Source of the DNA: Nitrospirae bacterium JdFR-81
GTDB taxonomy: Bacteria > Nitrospirota > Thermodesulfovibrionia > UBA6902
Direction of reading: 5' to 3'
Assembly (NCBI GenBank): GCA_002011735.1
Contig: MTOQ01000012.1
Span: 2,259 to 66,258 of the forward strand
Length of the DNA: 64,000 nt
This document shows, one piece after another, positions 42,409-52,100 of this stretch. The position numbers were made by a program, and so were the translations under genes. Within the stretch, counting starts at the first letter, position 1. Each line of letters starts with the position of its first letter. A model generated the notes under the pieces. The model ran no database searches. It was not told the origin of the DNA and saw only the letters and a program-made list of their open reading frames with translations.

Positions 42409-45041
42409 AGGGCACTGTTATAACAGAACCTGCACTCCCCTGCCCTTTCGGGCTCAGGCGGAAAGTCACCATGCCTCATCATATTCACAAGCCCCCTCAG
42501 CCTCTCAAGCGCCTCATGGACGAACTCCTCCATCGAGACCCTCTTCGGGAAGAAATCAATCTTTATATCCCTGAGGGAATAAAAGCCCGTCTTCTCAACC
42601 ACATCACCATGGACCTTCTGCCACATATATGCATAAAGGGGAAGCTGAAGGCTCCTGTTGTCAGTCGTCCCGGTCTTGTAATCGATAAGCATAACAGAGC
42701 CCACCCTTCTATCCACCCTGTCGATCTTGCCTTTTAGCCTTACACCATCCACCTCTGCGGTTATACGCTCTTCGATCTTATAGGGGACAAAGCCCTCCCT
42801 TCTCAATGCAGCCTCCTCCATCTTTATAAGGGGCAGCCTCCTCCTGAATATCTCTGTCGCAACCTTTGCCCAGAAACCACCCACAGGAAGTCCCTTGATC
42901 GCCTCCTCAATGGCCTTCATGATCCTCGGCTCGAGCTCGTCAAGATCGAAGTCCCTGGCCCTGTACAGGTTCTCCATAACCCTGTGGGCAAGGCTACCCC
43001 AGATCCTCCCCTCCACCTCATACCTTGGTGACTCCAGCATCTGGAGCCCGAGGACCTTCTCGATATAGAAACGCATGGGGCATCTCCTGAACGAGTCTAT
43101 ATCGGTCACACTTATGGCCCCTCCTGTCAACCTATCTATCCGCCTTCTCAATAAAGCACTCTCTGGGATATCATCCGTCCATATAATTGCTGAGTCCCCG
43201 TCAATCCCCATGAGGTGGCCCTCTGCAACAAGGACATCCTCCGTGCTGAATATATCGATGGCCCCAGGCTCTGTGATCGCCTCCCAGTCGAGGAGGGGAG
43301 AGGGGAGATGAGGCTTATCCTCCTCCCCTGATGGATAGGAGAGGTAAAGCCTCCCTGGAGAGGAATCAAGCAGCCTCTTAAAATACCTCTTCTGCCTATC
43401 GATATAATACTCAAGGTCAGGCATCCCGAGTGCCCTTTTTACCGAGTCAGGCAGATAGGGATCAACGGCAGGCCTTGACGGAAAGTCCTCCTCGGTCAGC
43501 CCGCCGAAGAAGATGGCATCTGCCTCAACAGAGCCTGCCAGCTCATACGGCAATGCCCTCACCCCTGTGAACCCCTCAGGATAATACTCCATCCCCCTTA
43601 AAAACTCCCTCAGATAAAACCATGGCTCGTGTTTAGAGACCTCGTAAAGCATCGCAAACCGCCTCAGGAGGGTGAACCGCTCGGTAATGGCAGGGCCCAT
43701 GTCCACATCAAGGCCCTTCAGTACATCAAAGAAGCCGAGCCTCTCGAGCGTGGATTCAAAAAGCTCTATAAATGGGAGTAACCCCCTGCAACCCCTCAGC
43801 ATCTCGAGTGACTCCATCATAGAGGCCATCTCCCTGTCGAACCTCTTGAGCCTCTCTCTGTCCTCATCGTCCATCTCATCATCTGATGTGCTGATCAGGC
43901 CCCTGCCTATGTTTAACCACGAGTCCCTGCCTTTTATAACCTTGGCCTTATATGAATAAGGGACTGCCATCCTCTTCAGGATGTCGGGTATACGGGGGAA
44001 ATAGGGTGAGGAGAGGAAGGAGAGGAAGTCGGTCCTTGGATAATCCCCCTCAATGGACGATAGTATATCCTCAAGGGCGACCAGCGGGGATGCATGGGTG
44101 ATGTCATACCTGCCTGCATCAAGGGGTATCTCGAACCTCCTGAAGACCCTCTTCAACATTGGCAGGTATTTTGAGAGCTGTGGAAAGGTGATGACTATCC
44201 TCCATGGCCTTATTCCCTGGTGTATGAGCCCCTTCACCCTCCGTGCCATTCCCTCTACTTCGTCCTCCATTGTCCTGTATCTATGACACGGGGGCCGATC
44301 CCTCTCTGTCCTGTAAGGAGACTCTTTCACACTGAACCCTGTCTGTGTGGAGAGGAGAAAGTCGAGCAGACCCGTGTCCCTCTCAGCAAATATATAGAGC
44401 CTTTTTGACCTCTCTATAATGAGACTCAGTGCAGAGAGCTCAAGCGGGGTTGGATCATAAAACCCTCTTATAACAACCGCATCATATGATGGAAGGTCCT
44501 GTAGGTCCTGGAACGCCTCCAGTGGTGTCTCCACATCAACAAGACCCCTCCGCTTGATCTCCTCCTCATACTGTTCAAGCACCTTGATCGCATTATCAAG
44601 TGCCCTGAACGCCTTCTCCTCAAATATCAATCCTCCTGCCCTCTCCCTGAACTCTGAGAGCGTGGTATGAGGCAGGTAGTGTCTTATCCTCCTCAATAGA
44701 TCAGATAGCTGTGCTGCATAACCCGTGCCCTTCTGCCCTGTGATCTCCGAGAGGATGAGTATCCTCATGTCCTCTGATATCAACCTTCCCCTGAGGGAGG
44801 TCCTCATGAGACCTGAGGCAAGGCCTTTCAGGGTGAGGGACCTGAACGGTATAAACGCGCCCCCCCTGCCGGTATCCTTAAGAAACCAGAAGAACTCCCT
44901 ACCTGCCTCCTTGAGGATGAAAGGGTCCGGAGACAGATACAGGACAGATGAATAATCATTTGGAGGGCAGAGGTCTACTATCCTTTCAAAGGCAGGTTTG
45001 TTATCTCCACCATATGCTATATAGAGGACCTTCTCATCCAC
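42390..45041 (-). CDS. addB: AddB-like helicase/nuclease subunit B (inactive-helicase-like N-domain, PD-(D/E)xK nuclease, C-terminal Cys cluster)
   Basis: 883 aa with no Walker A. The RecB-family nuclease motif is LIDYKTG, and the C-terminus ends CRFCYNSALC, which resembles an AddB FeS staple. It sits immediately upstream of addA and overlaps it. Confidence 0.65.
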   Translation of the reverse strand: MDEKVLYIAYGGDNKPAFERIVDLCPPNDYSSVLYLSPDPFILKEAGREFFWFLKDTGRGGAFIPFRSLTLKGLASGLMRTSLRGRLISEDMRILILSEITGQKGTGYAAQLSDLLRRIRHYLPHTTLSEFRERAGGLIFEEKAFRALDNAIKVLEQYEEEIKRRGLVDVETPLEAFQDLQDLPSYDAVVIRGFYDPTPLELSALSLIIERSKRLYIFAERDTGLLDFLLSTQTGFSVKESPYRTERDRPPCHRYRTMEDEVEGMARRVKGLIHQGIRPWRIVITFPQLSKYLPMLKRVFRRFEIPLDAGRYDITHASPLVALEDILSSIEGDYPRTDFLSFLSSPYFPRIPDILKRMAVPYSYKAKVIKGRDSWLNIGRGLISTSDDEMDDEDRERLKRFDREMASMMESLEMLRGCRGLLPFIELFESTLERLGFFDVLKGLDVDMGPAITERFTLLRRFAMLYEVSKHEPWFYLREFLRGMEYYPEGFTGVRALPYELAGSVEADAIFFGGLTEEDFPSRPAVDPYLPDSVKRALGMPDLEYYIDRQKRYFKRLLDSSPGRLYLSYPSGEEDKPHLPSPLLDWEAITEPGAIDIFSTEDVLVAEGHLMGIDGDSAIIWTDDIPESALLRRRIDRLTGGAISVTDIDSFRRCPMRFYIEKVLGLQMLESPRYEVEGRIWGSLAHRVMENLYRARDFDLDELEPRIMKAIEEAIKGLPVGGFWAKVATEIFRRRLPLIKMEEAALRREGFVPYKIEERITAEVDGVRLKGKIDRVDRRVGSVMLIDYKTGTTDNRSLQLPLYAYMWQKVHGDVVEKTGFYSLRDIKIDFFPKRVSMEEFVHEALERLRGLVNMMRHGDFPPEPERAGECRFCYNSALCAGAG

Positions 45042-45054
45042 CTAACGCAGACCC

Positions 45055-46050
45055 TTACACATGATACTCCACTATATCACCATCGTGAAGCACATAATCC
45101 TTGTTGACCCTCTGGCCATCAAACCGGGCAGAACCCCAGATACAGGCATACTTGAAGTTCTTGACAAAGTCCTTGTGGATGAGCCCTGCAAGGTCAAGGA
45201 CGTCTGAACCCTCTGGGATGGTAAACGGTGTCTCAAGGTCTGGCCTCTTCCCGGGTTCTTTTGAATACACCCTTATAATGCCCGAGTTCTTGAATATACC
45301 AACCTTCAGCTCTTCAAGCCCCCTCTTATCCCGTGCTGATACATGGTAGACTGGATAACGATCGCCGTATTTATCCTTAAGACCCTTAACCCCCTCATCC
45401 ACCTGGAGATCACACTTATTCACAGCCACTATAACCGCCTTTTTTCTGTGCCTCTTATCTCCTCCCCTCTCCTTATTCCCCTCCCTTATGGGTATCCTCC
45501 AGTCCCTTATCTGTTCAAGGAGGAGCTCGGCCTGGATGTCAGGGTCATCGGTGGCATCAACAACGAGCATTATCAGATCTGCCATCCTGACTATGGAGGA
45601 GACCCAGCCATCGGTGGAGTCATTGCCGATTGGAGGGAGGTCAACAAGCTGAAACTGTATATCCTCATAAGGCATCATCCCTGAAACGGGCATAACTGTA
45701 GACATGGGATAATCCGCTATAACAGGCTTTGCATTGGTCAGGGCAGCAAGTATAGAGGACTTGCCCGAGTTCGGGAAACCAACAAGCACCACCTGTGCGG
45801 CACCATGCCTCTCAACAGTATACAGGTCTCCCCTGCCTGTCTTCTTCCTCTTTGCCGCCTCCTCCCTCAGCCTGGACAGCCTCCTCCTGAGGTCAGCCCT
45901 CAGCTTGTCGGTGCCCTTGTGCTTTGGCACCGTGGAGATCAGCTCCTCCAGCGCCATAATCTTCTCCTGAGGGGTGGAGGCCTGTTTGAACCTCTTCTCA
46001 GCCTCAAAGTATTCAGGTGGCAGGTTCGCAGGCATAATTAAATATATCAT
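45055..46050 (-). CDS. DRG/Obg-family GTPase with a C-terminal TGS domain
   Basis: G1 GFPNSGKSS and G3 DLPP. The N-terminal basic helical segment is typical of DRG proteins. A TGS-like C-terminus (GDIVEYHV) is present. 331 aa. Confidence 0.7.
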   Translation of the reverse strand: MIYLIMPANLPPEYFEAEKRFKQASTPQEKIMALEELISTVPKHKGTDKLRADLRRRLSRLREEAAKRKKTGRGDLYTVERHGAAQVVLVGFPNSGKSSILAALTNAKPVIADYPMSTVMPVSGMMPYEDIQFQLVDLPPIGNDSTDGWVSSIVRMADLIMLVVDATDDPDIQAELLLEQIRDWRIPIREGNKERGGDKRHRKKAVIVAVNKCDLQVDEGVKGLKDKYGDRYPVYHVSARDKRGLEELKVGIFKNSGIIRVYSKEPGKRPDLETPFTIPEGSDVLDLAGLIHKDFVKNFKYACIWGSARFDGQRVNKDYVLHDGDIVEYHV

Positions 46051-46133
46051 AGAAGAGCCGAGTTTATGGAGTCATCAAGGAGGAGCCAGCCCCCTCTATC
46101 TATTCAGTGTAAATATGTAATAATAAGAATAAT

Positions 46134-46589
46134 ATGTCTGGACAGATGGACACAGATAGGGCAATGGGGCTGTTCCGTGAGGGGCTCAGTGCACTCTCAA
46201 ACAACGAGCCCTTAAAGGCCCTGTCCCTCTTTGAAAGGGCGTATAATATCAAAGACATCCCTATCATAAAATCCTATCTTGCCTTCAGCATAGCAAGGGA
46301 GAGGGGACAGGTATCACTGGCCATATCCCTGTGTGAGGAGGCCATCAGGGAGGAGGGAGGGAATCCCGTGCACTACCTGAACCTGGGCAGGGTCTATCTC
46401 GTAAGGGGAGACAGGGAGAGGGCCGTGCAGGCCTTCAGGGCAGGGCTCAAGAGGCAGAGGCATCCCGAGATCATCGCAGAGCTTGAGAGGATGGGGATAA
46501 GGAGACTGCTCGTCATCCCCTTCCTGAAGAGACAGAACCCCCTTAATAAATATCTGGGCCTCATCCTGACCCGACTGAAGAATATATAA
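46134..46589 (+). CDS. Small TPR-repeat protein
   Basis: 151 aa with 3-4 TPR-like helical pairs (ALSLFERAYNI..., AISLCEEAIRE..., AVQAFRAGLKR). Confidence 0.5.
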   Translation: MSGQMDTDRAMGLFREGLSALSNNEPLKALSLFERAYNIKDIPIIKSYLAFSIARERGQVSLAISLCEEAIREEGGNPVHYLNLGRVYLVRGDRERAVQAFRAGLKRQRHPEIIAELERMGIRRLLVIPFLKRQNPLNKYLGLILTRLKNI

Positions 46590-46635
46590 ACCGCACCAAA
46601 GAACACAACACTGTATTTCGTGGTAACATATAGAT

Positions 46636-48630
46636 ATGAGTGATGACGGCTTCAGGCTTGTTGCGGATTTTAAGCCAACAGGTGATCAGCCAAAGGCCAT
46701 AGAGGCCCTCACAGAAGGCATATTAAAAGGCCACAGGCACCAGGTCCTGCTTGGTGTGACCGGCTCTGGCAAGACATTCACCATAGCCAATGTCATAGCC
46801 AATGTCAATAAACCAACACTCGTTATCGCCCATAACAAGACCCTTGCAGCCCAGCTATACGGTGAGTTCAGGACATTCTTTCCTGAGAATGCCGTGGAGT
46901 ATTTTGTGAGCTATTATGATTATTATCAGCCCGAGGCATACATCCCCACAACCGATACATATATAGAGAAGGACGCCCTTATCAATGATGACATAGACAG
47001 GCTGAGGCATTCTGCCACCAGGGCCGTGCTCGAAAGAAGGGACGTGATCGTGGTTGCCTCTGTATCATGCATATATGGTATCGGCTCTCCAGAGGATTAT
47101 CTTGCCATGCACTTCTTTATAGAGGACGGGATGCATACCGAGAGGGATGCCTTTCTGAGGAGGCTCGTGGAGATGCTTTATGAGAGGACCGAGGACTTCA
47201 GGAGGGGCACATTCAGGGTGAGAGGCGATGTGGTCGAGATATTCCCGTCCTTTTCAGGCGACAACGCCATAAGGGTGGAGTTCTTTGGAGATGATGTGGA
47301 TGGCATATACGAGTTTGATCCATTGACAGGCGATGTCATAAGGAGGCTCGAGAGAATAGCCCTGTATCCAAACAGCCACTGGATAACACCGAGACCAAGG
47401 CTTGAGAGGGCAATAGAGGCAATAGAGGAGGAGCTTGAGGAGAGGATCGAATACTTCCTGAGACAGGGCAAGGAGCTTGAGGCAAAGAGGCTTGAACAGA
47501 GGACGAGGTTCGACATGGAAATGCTCAGGGAGTTCGGTTACTGCCATGGTATAGAGAACTACTCAAGGCACCTGAGTGGCAGGGTACCTGGAGAACCGCC
47601 ATCGTGCCTGATCGACTACTTCCCAGAGGATTACCTTCTCATCATCGATGAGTCCCATGCCACCATCCCACAGCTTGGGGGCATGTATGAGGGAGATCGT
47701 TCAAGGAAGCAGACACTCGTTGATTACGGCTTCAGACTGCCATCTGCACTTGACAACCGCCCCCTGAAGTTTGATGAGTTTGAACACAGGGTGAATCAGG
47801 CGATCTATGTGTCTGCCACACCTGCTGAATATGAGATAAGGAAGTCAGGAAACAGGGTGATCGAGCAGATCGTGAGGCCAACAGGGCTGATGGACCCAGA
47901 GATAGAGGTGAGGCCTGTCTCAGGCCAGCTTGATGACCTGCTTGGCGAGATAAAACAGAGGGCCAAGAGGGGTGAGAGGGTGCTTGTGACAAGCCTCACG
48001 AAGAGGATGGCAGAGGATATAACAGAATACTACTCAGAGCTTGGCATAAAGGCGAGGTATCTCCATTCTGATATAGACACACTTGAAAGGGTCGAGATAC
48101 TCAGGGATCTGAGGTTAGGGCGGTTTGATGTCCTCATCGGTGTGAACCTGTTGAGAGAGGGGCTCGATCTTCCAGAGGTCTCGCTCGTTGCCATACTCGA
48201 TGCTGACAAGGAGGGCTTCCTCCGCTCAGGCAGGTCGCTGATACAGACGGCAGGCAGGGCGGCAAGGAATGTGCATGGCAAGGTCATCATGTATGCCGAT
48301 ACCATCACAGGCTCCATGAAGGCGGCGATCGACGAGACGAACAGGAGGAGGAGGATACAGGAAGAATACAACAGGAGGCACGGGATCACACCAAGGAGCA
48401 TTGTAAAAGAGATAACGAATATACTGAGCTCCATCTATGAGGCTGACTACTGGACCGTCCCTGCCGTCTCAGAGGAGGCCATCGAGTATGAGGATGAGAC
48501 CCTGATAAAGAGGCTTGAGGAGGAGATGAAGGAGGCGGCACAGAGGCTTGAGTTTGAAAGGGCAGCAAGACTGAGGGATCGGATCAGGGAGATAAAGAAG
48601 AGGCAGCTGGAGGTTGGTGTCAGGGTTTAG
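46636..48630 (+). CDS. uvrB: Excinuclease ABC subunit B
   Basis: 664 aa. Walker A GVTGSGKT, the beta-hairpin region [10 protein letters not shown], helicase motifs and a C-terminal UvrC-interaction helix. Confidence 0.9.
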   Translation: MSDDGFRLVADFKPTGDQPKAIEALTEGILKGHRHQVLLGVTGSGKTFTIANVIANVNKPTLVIAHNKTLAAQLYGEFRTFFPENAVEYFVSYYDYYQPEAYIPTTDTYIEKDALINDDIDRLRHSATRAVLERRDVIVVASVSCIYGIGSPEDYLAMHFFIEDGMHTERDAFLRRLVEMLYERTEDFRRGTFRVRGDVVEIFPSFSGDNAIRVEFFGDDVDGIYEFDPLTGDVIRRLERIALYPNSHWITPRPRLERAIEAIEEELEERIEYFLRQGKELEAKRLEQRTRFDMEMLREFGYCHGIENYSRHLSGRVPGEPPSCLIDYFPEDYLLIIDESHATIPQLGGMYEGDRSRKQTLVDYGFRLPSALDNRPLKFDEFEHRVNQAIYVSATPAEYEIRKSGNRVIEQIVRPTGLMDPEIEVRPVSGQLDDLLGEIKQRAKRGERVLVTSLTKRMAEDITEYYSELGIKARYLHSDIDTLERVEILRDLRLGRFDVLIGVNLLREGLDLPEVSLVAILDADKEGFLRSGRSLIQTAGRAARNVHGKVIMYADTITGSMKAAIDETNRRRRIQEEYNRRHGITPRSIVKEITNILSSIYEADYWTVPAVSEEAIEYEDETLIKRLEEEMKEAAQRLEFERAARLRDRIREIKKRQLEVGVRV

Positions 48631-48639
48631 ACACGGGGC

Positions 48640-49578
48640 TCACCCCCAGTCATACCTCCTCCTCTTCCTGTGGTGTATATACTTCTCTGCTGAGAGCGCG
48701 GCAATACACCCATATGCTGCGGCAACCACAACCTGCCTCACCTCAACACATGTAACATCCCCTGCTGTAAAGACACCCGGGATGGACGTCTCCATCATCT
48801 TATCGGCGATGATGCATTCATCATCACTCAGATCAAGGGCGAAATTCAGGAAGTCAACGATGGGCCTGCTACCATGTAGATACACGAAGACACCATCAAC
48901 CTCCATATCCCTTGTCTCCCCACTCTCCCTCTCCTGGATCGTGATACCCTTTACCACATCCTCCCCTTTTATCTCTGTCACCCTGTGGCCCTTTATAACC
49001 TCTATCTTCCCTGAAGAGAGTGCAGGATGGTCTGACCTTATCTCCTTTGAGGGTGCAATCAGATAAACCTTGCCTGCAAAACGCGTGAGCACACCTGCCT
49101 CCTTTATCGCCTCTTCGGAGTCTCCGATCACGGCAACGGTCATTCCCTTGTAGAATGCAGCATCACATATCGCGCAGTAACTCACACCCCTGCCGAGGAA
49201 CTCCTTCTCACCCTTTATGGTCGGCTTCCTGCCCATGGCGCCTGTTGCTATTATGACGGTCTTGCCCTTATAGGAGTTCTGGATGGTGTGGACCTCCTTT
49301 ACCTCACCTTCCAGCTGGACACCCACCACCTGCTCCTCCCGATACTCCGCACCAAAGTCTATCGCCTGTTTACGGAATATATCCAGCAGCTCCTTCCCTG
49401 TCATCGGCCTGGTAAGCCCTGGATAGTTCTCTATCCTTTTTGTGAATGCAAGGGCACCTGCTGTTGGAGATTTATCAAGGACAATGGTCTTCAGGTTGGC
49501 CCTTGATGCGTACTGTGCTGCTGTAAGGCCTGCCGGTCCCCCACCGATGATGATGACATCGTAAAGTTCCTCTGCCAT
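48640..49578 (-). CDS. trxB: Thioredoxin-disulfide reductase
   Basis: FAD motif IIGGGPAGLTAA, redox-active CAIC (SYCAICDAAF) and NADPH-binding GDSEEA. 312 aa. Confidence 0.85.
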   Translation of the reverse strand: MAEELYDVIIIGGGPAGLTAAQYASRANLKTIVLDKSPTAGALAFTKRIENYPGLTRPMTGKELLDIFRKQAIDFGAEYREEQVVGVQLEGEVKEVHTIQNSYKGKTVIIATGAMGRKPTIKGEKEFLGRGVSYCAICDAAFYKGMTVAVIGDSEEAIKEAGVLTRFAGKVYLIAPSKEIRSDHPALSSGKIEVIKGHRVTEIKGEDVVKGITIQERESGETRDMEVDGVFVYLHGSRPIVDFLNFALDLSDDECIIADKMMETSIPGVFTAGDVTCVEVRQVVVAAAYGCIAALSAEKYIHHRKRRRYDWG

Positions 49579-49606
49579 AACCCCTCCTTGCGCAATATAT
49601 AGTTAA

Positions 49607-51103
49607 TCAGCCACCCTGTAACTCTGCCTTTCTCAGCTCCGTCTTTTTGATCTTCCCTGTTGCCGTCCTTGGAAAGTCCTTGACAAACCTTATCCTCCTT
49701 GGCATCTTGAACGGAGCGAGATGCCCCTTGAGATACCCCCGTATCTCTCCCTCACTGAGCTGACACCCCTCTTTCAACCTCACAAAGAGGACAGAGACCT
49801 CAGAACCCCTGCCATCAGGCACACCAACCATTGCACACTCCTCAACCCCCCTGAGCCTCAACACCTGATCCTCCACCTCCCTTGGATACACATTCATACC
49901 ATCAACGATGATAAGGTCCTTCTTCCTGTCCACTATATAGATATAGCCATCCTCATCGATCCTTGCCATATCGCCTGTATACAGCCATCCATCCCTTATC
50001 GTCTCTCTCGTCGCCTCTTCTTTATTGAAATACCCCTTCATCACATTCGGCCCTTTTACTATCAGCTCACCAACCACCCCTGGCGGCACCCTCTCCCCGT
50101 CCTCTCCAACAACAGCCACCTCAACACCAGGGATTGGAGGGCCAACAGATGAGGGTTTCCTCAGGCCATCCAGTGGGTTGACAGATACCACAGGTGATGC
50201 CTCGGTGAGGCCATAGCCCTCAAGCAGTGGGACACCAAACCTCTTCTCAAAGTTGTATATCGTCTCCACAGGGAGTGCCGCAGCACCTGATATACACGCC
50301 TTGATACTCATCAGATATCTCAATACATACCTTAACGGGAACGGTATCCTCTTCTTTGCCAGTATATTGTAGACCGTAGGGACACCTATAAAGAATGTTA
50401 TCCTCTCCCTGAATATACTGTTTATGACCCTTGAGAACGGCCTTACAGAAGGGAGCATAACGATGGTGGCCCCTGAATATACGGGAAGTATAACACAGAC
50501 CGTGAAGGTGAAGGAATGGAACAATGGCAGGAACAGAAGCACCCTGTCCCTGTGGGTGATATGCATCGCCTTCATACAGGCATCTGCGTTTGATATAAGG
50601 TTTCTGTGTGTGAGCATGGCACCCTTTGGAAAGCCCGTGGTGCCTGAGGTGTAAAGCAGGACCGCCACGTCCTCATCACCGCCTCCACCATCCGCTGTGC
50701 CCACCTTCTGGGGCATCTCATCAAAGAGGCACACCTTCACACCGGCATTCCTCTCACTCACCCTCCTCACCTTGTCAGAGAGTCCTCCACTGTATATCAG
50801 GAGCCTTGCCCCCGAGTCGCCCAGTATATAGGATATCTCTTCAGGTGTAAGCATGGTGTTTATGGGCACAGCAATACCACCGGCCCTGAGGATCGCAAAA
50901 TAGGAGACGATGTATCCTGGGGAGTTCTCCATCAGTATGGCAACCCTCTCCCCCCTCCCCACCCCCTCGTGGATCAATCCACCTGCCATAAGGCCCACCT
51001 GATCATTGATCTCTGCATAGGTGTATCTCTGCTTCTCGAACTTTATGCAGACCTTATCAGGGAGGTCTCTTGATCTCTGGGACAGTATCTCATCAAGCCT
51101 CAT
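49607..51103 (-). CDS. AMP-dependent acyl-CoA synthetase/ligase
   Basis: AMP-binding signature LYTSGTTGFPKGAMLTH, the YGLTE motif and C-terminal GKIKK. 498 aa. Confidence 0.8.
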   Translation of the reverse strand: MRLDEILSQRSRDLPDKVCIKFEKQRYTYAEINDQVGLMAGGLIHEGVGRGERVAILMENSPGYIVSYFAILRAGGIAVPINTMLTPEEISYILGDSGARLLIYSGGLSDKVRRVSERNAGVKVCLFDEMPQKVGTADGGGGDEDVAVLLYTSGTTGFPKGAMLTHRNLISNADACMKAMHITHRDRVLLFLPLFHSFTFTVCVILPVYSGATIVMLPSVRPFSRVINSIFRERITFFIGVPTVYNILAKKRIPFPLRYVLRYLMSIKACISGAAALPVETIYNFEKRFGVPLLEGYGLTEASPVVSVNPLDGLRKPSSVGPPIPGVEVAVVGEDGERVPPGVVGELIVKGPNVMKGYFNKEEATRETIRDGWLYTGDMARIDEDGYIYIVDRKKDLIIVDGMNVYPREVEDQVLRLRGVEECAMVGVPDGRGSEVSVLFVRLKEGCQLSEGEIRGYLKGHLAPFKMPRRIRFVKDFPRTATGKIKKTELRKAELQGG

Positions 51104-51212
51104 AAGGGGTCACTCTCCCCAAAAAGATAAAAATATTTGTATACTAATAAAAAGGGTTCAAGCTTCGGATTCCTTCTTGAATCCGCATGATACAATCGTT
51201 ATTTAGTATACC

Positions 51213-52100
51213 ATGAACATAGCCCTTTATCTTCAGAGGAAGAAACGGATCATCGATACCTTCCTCAGAGACTACCTGAACTCAAGGAAGAAGCAGGGTG
51301 GATGTCCTGAGAGGCTGCGCAGGGCGATGGGCTACTCCCTCATGGCAGGTGGAAAGAGGATAAGGCCGATACTCACCATGGCAACCTATGAGGCCCTGAA
51401 CGGAGGGTCAAGGAGCGTGATACCGGTTGCAGCATCCCTTGAACTCATCCATACCTATTCCCTGATACACGATGACCTCCCTGCAATGGATAATGATGAC
51501 TTCAGGAGGAACATGCCGACAAACCACCGTGTCTTTGGCGAGGCAACAGCGATACTTGCAGGTGACGCACTCCTGACAGAGGCATTCAATATAATCCTCA
51601 GGACGCGCATAAGACCTGACATAAAGGTCTCCATCCTGAATGAACTTACCGAGGCGTGCGGCCCTGCCGGCATGGTGGGAGGTCAGCTCATGGACATCAT
51701 GCTCGAGGGCAAGAGGGCGAGGAGGAGTGAACTTGTATATATCCACACACACAAGACAGGTGCGTTCATAAGGGCCGCGGTAAGGATCGGCGGGATAATG
51801 GCAGGGGCCTCATCGTCCCAGATGCGATCCCTCACAGAGTATGGTGAGAAGGTGGGTCATGCGTTCCAGATCGTTGACGACATACTCGATGTCACAGGCT
51901 CCACCGAGGAGATGGGGAAGACCACAGGCTCTGATGCTGCCAGGGGGAAGAACACATACCCCCTGATATTCGGTCTGGAGAGGTCAAGGAGGATCGCAAA
52001 GGACCTCATCGATGAATCGATAAGGGCTATAGACAGGATCAATGGCAGGATAGAACCATTGAAGGAGATAGCAAGGTATATCCTGAACAGGAAGAGTTAG
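51213..52100 (+). CDS. ispA: Polyprenyl (farnesyl/geranylgeranyl) diphosphate synthase
   Basis: First DDxxD motif IHDDLPAMDNDD and second motif IVDDILD. 295 aa. It lies immediately upstream of dxs, as in the E. coli ispA-dxs operon. Confidence 0.8.
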   Translation: MNIALYLQRKKRIIDTFLRDYLNSRKKQGGCPERLRRAMGYSLMAGGKRIRPILTMATYEALNGGSRSVIPVAASLELIHTYSLIHDDLPAMDNDDFRRNMPTNHRVFGEATAILAGDALLTEAFNIILRTRIRPDIKVSILNELTEACGPAGMVGGQLMDIMLEGKRARRSELVYIHTHKTGAFIRAAVRIGGIMAGASSSQMRSLTEYGEKVGHAFQIVDDILDVTGSTEEMGKTTGSDAARGKNTYPLIFGLERSRRIAKDLIDESIRAIDRINGRIEPLKEIARYILNRKS

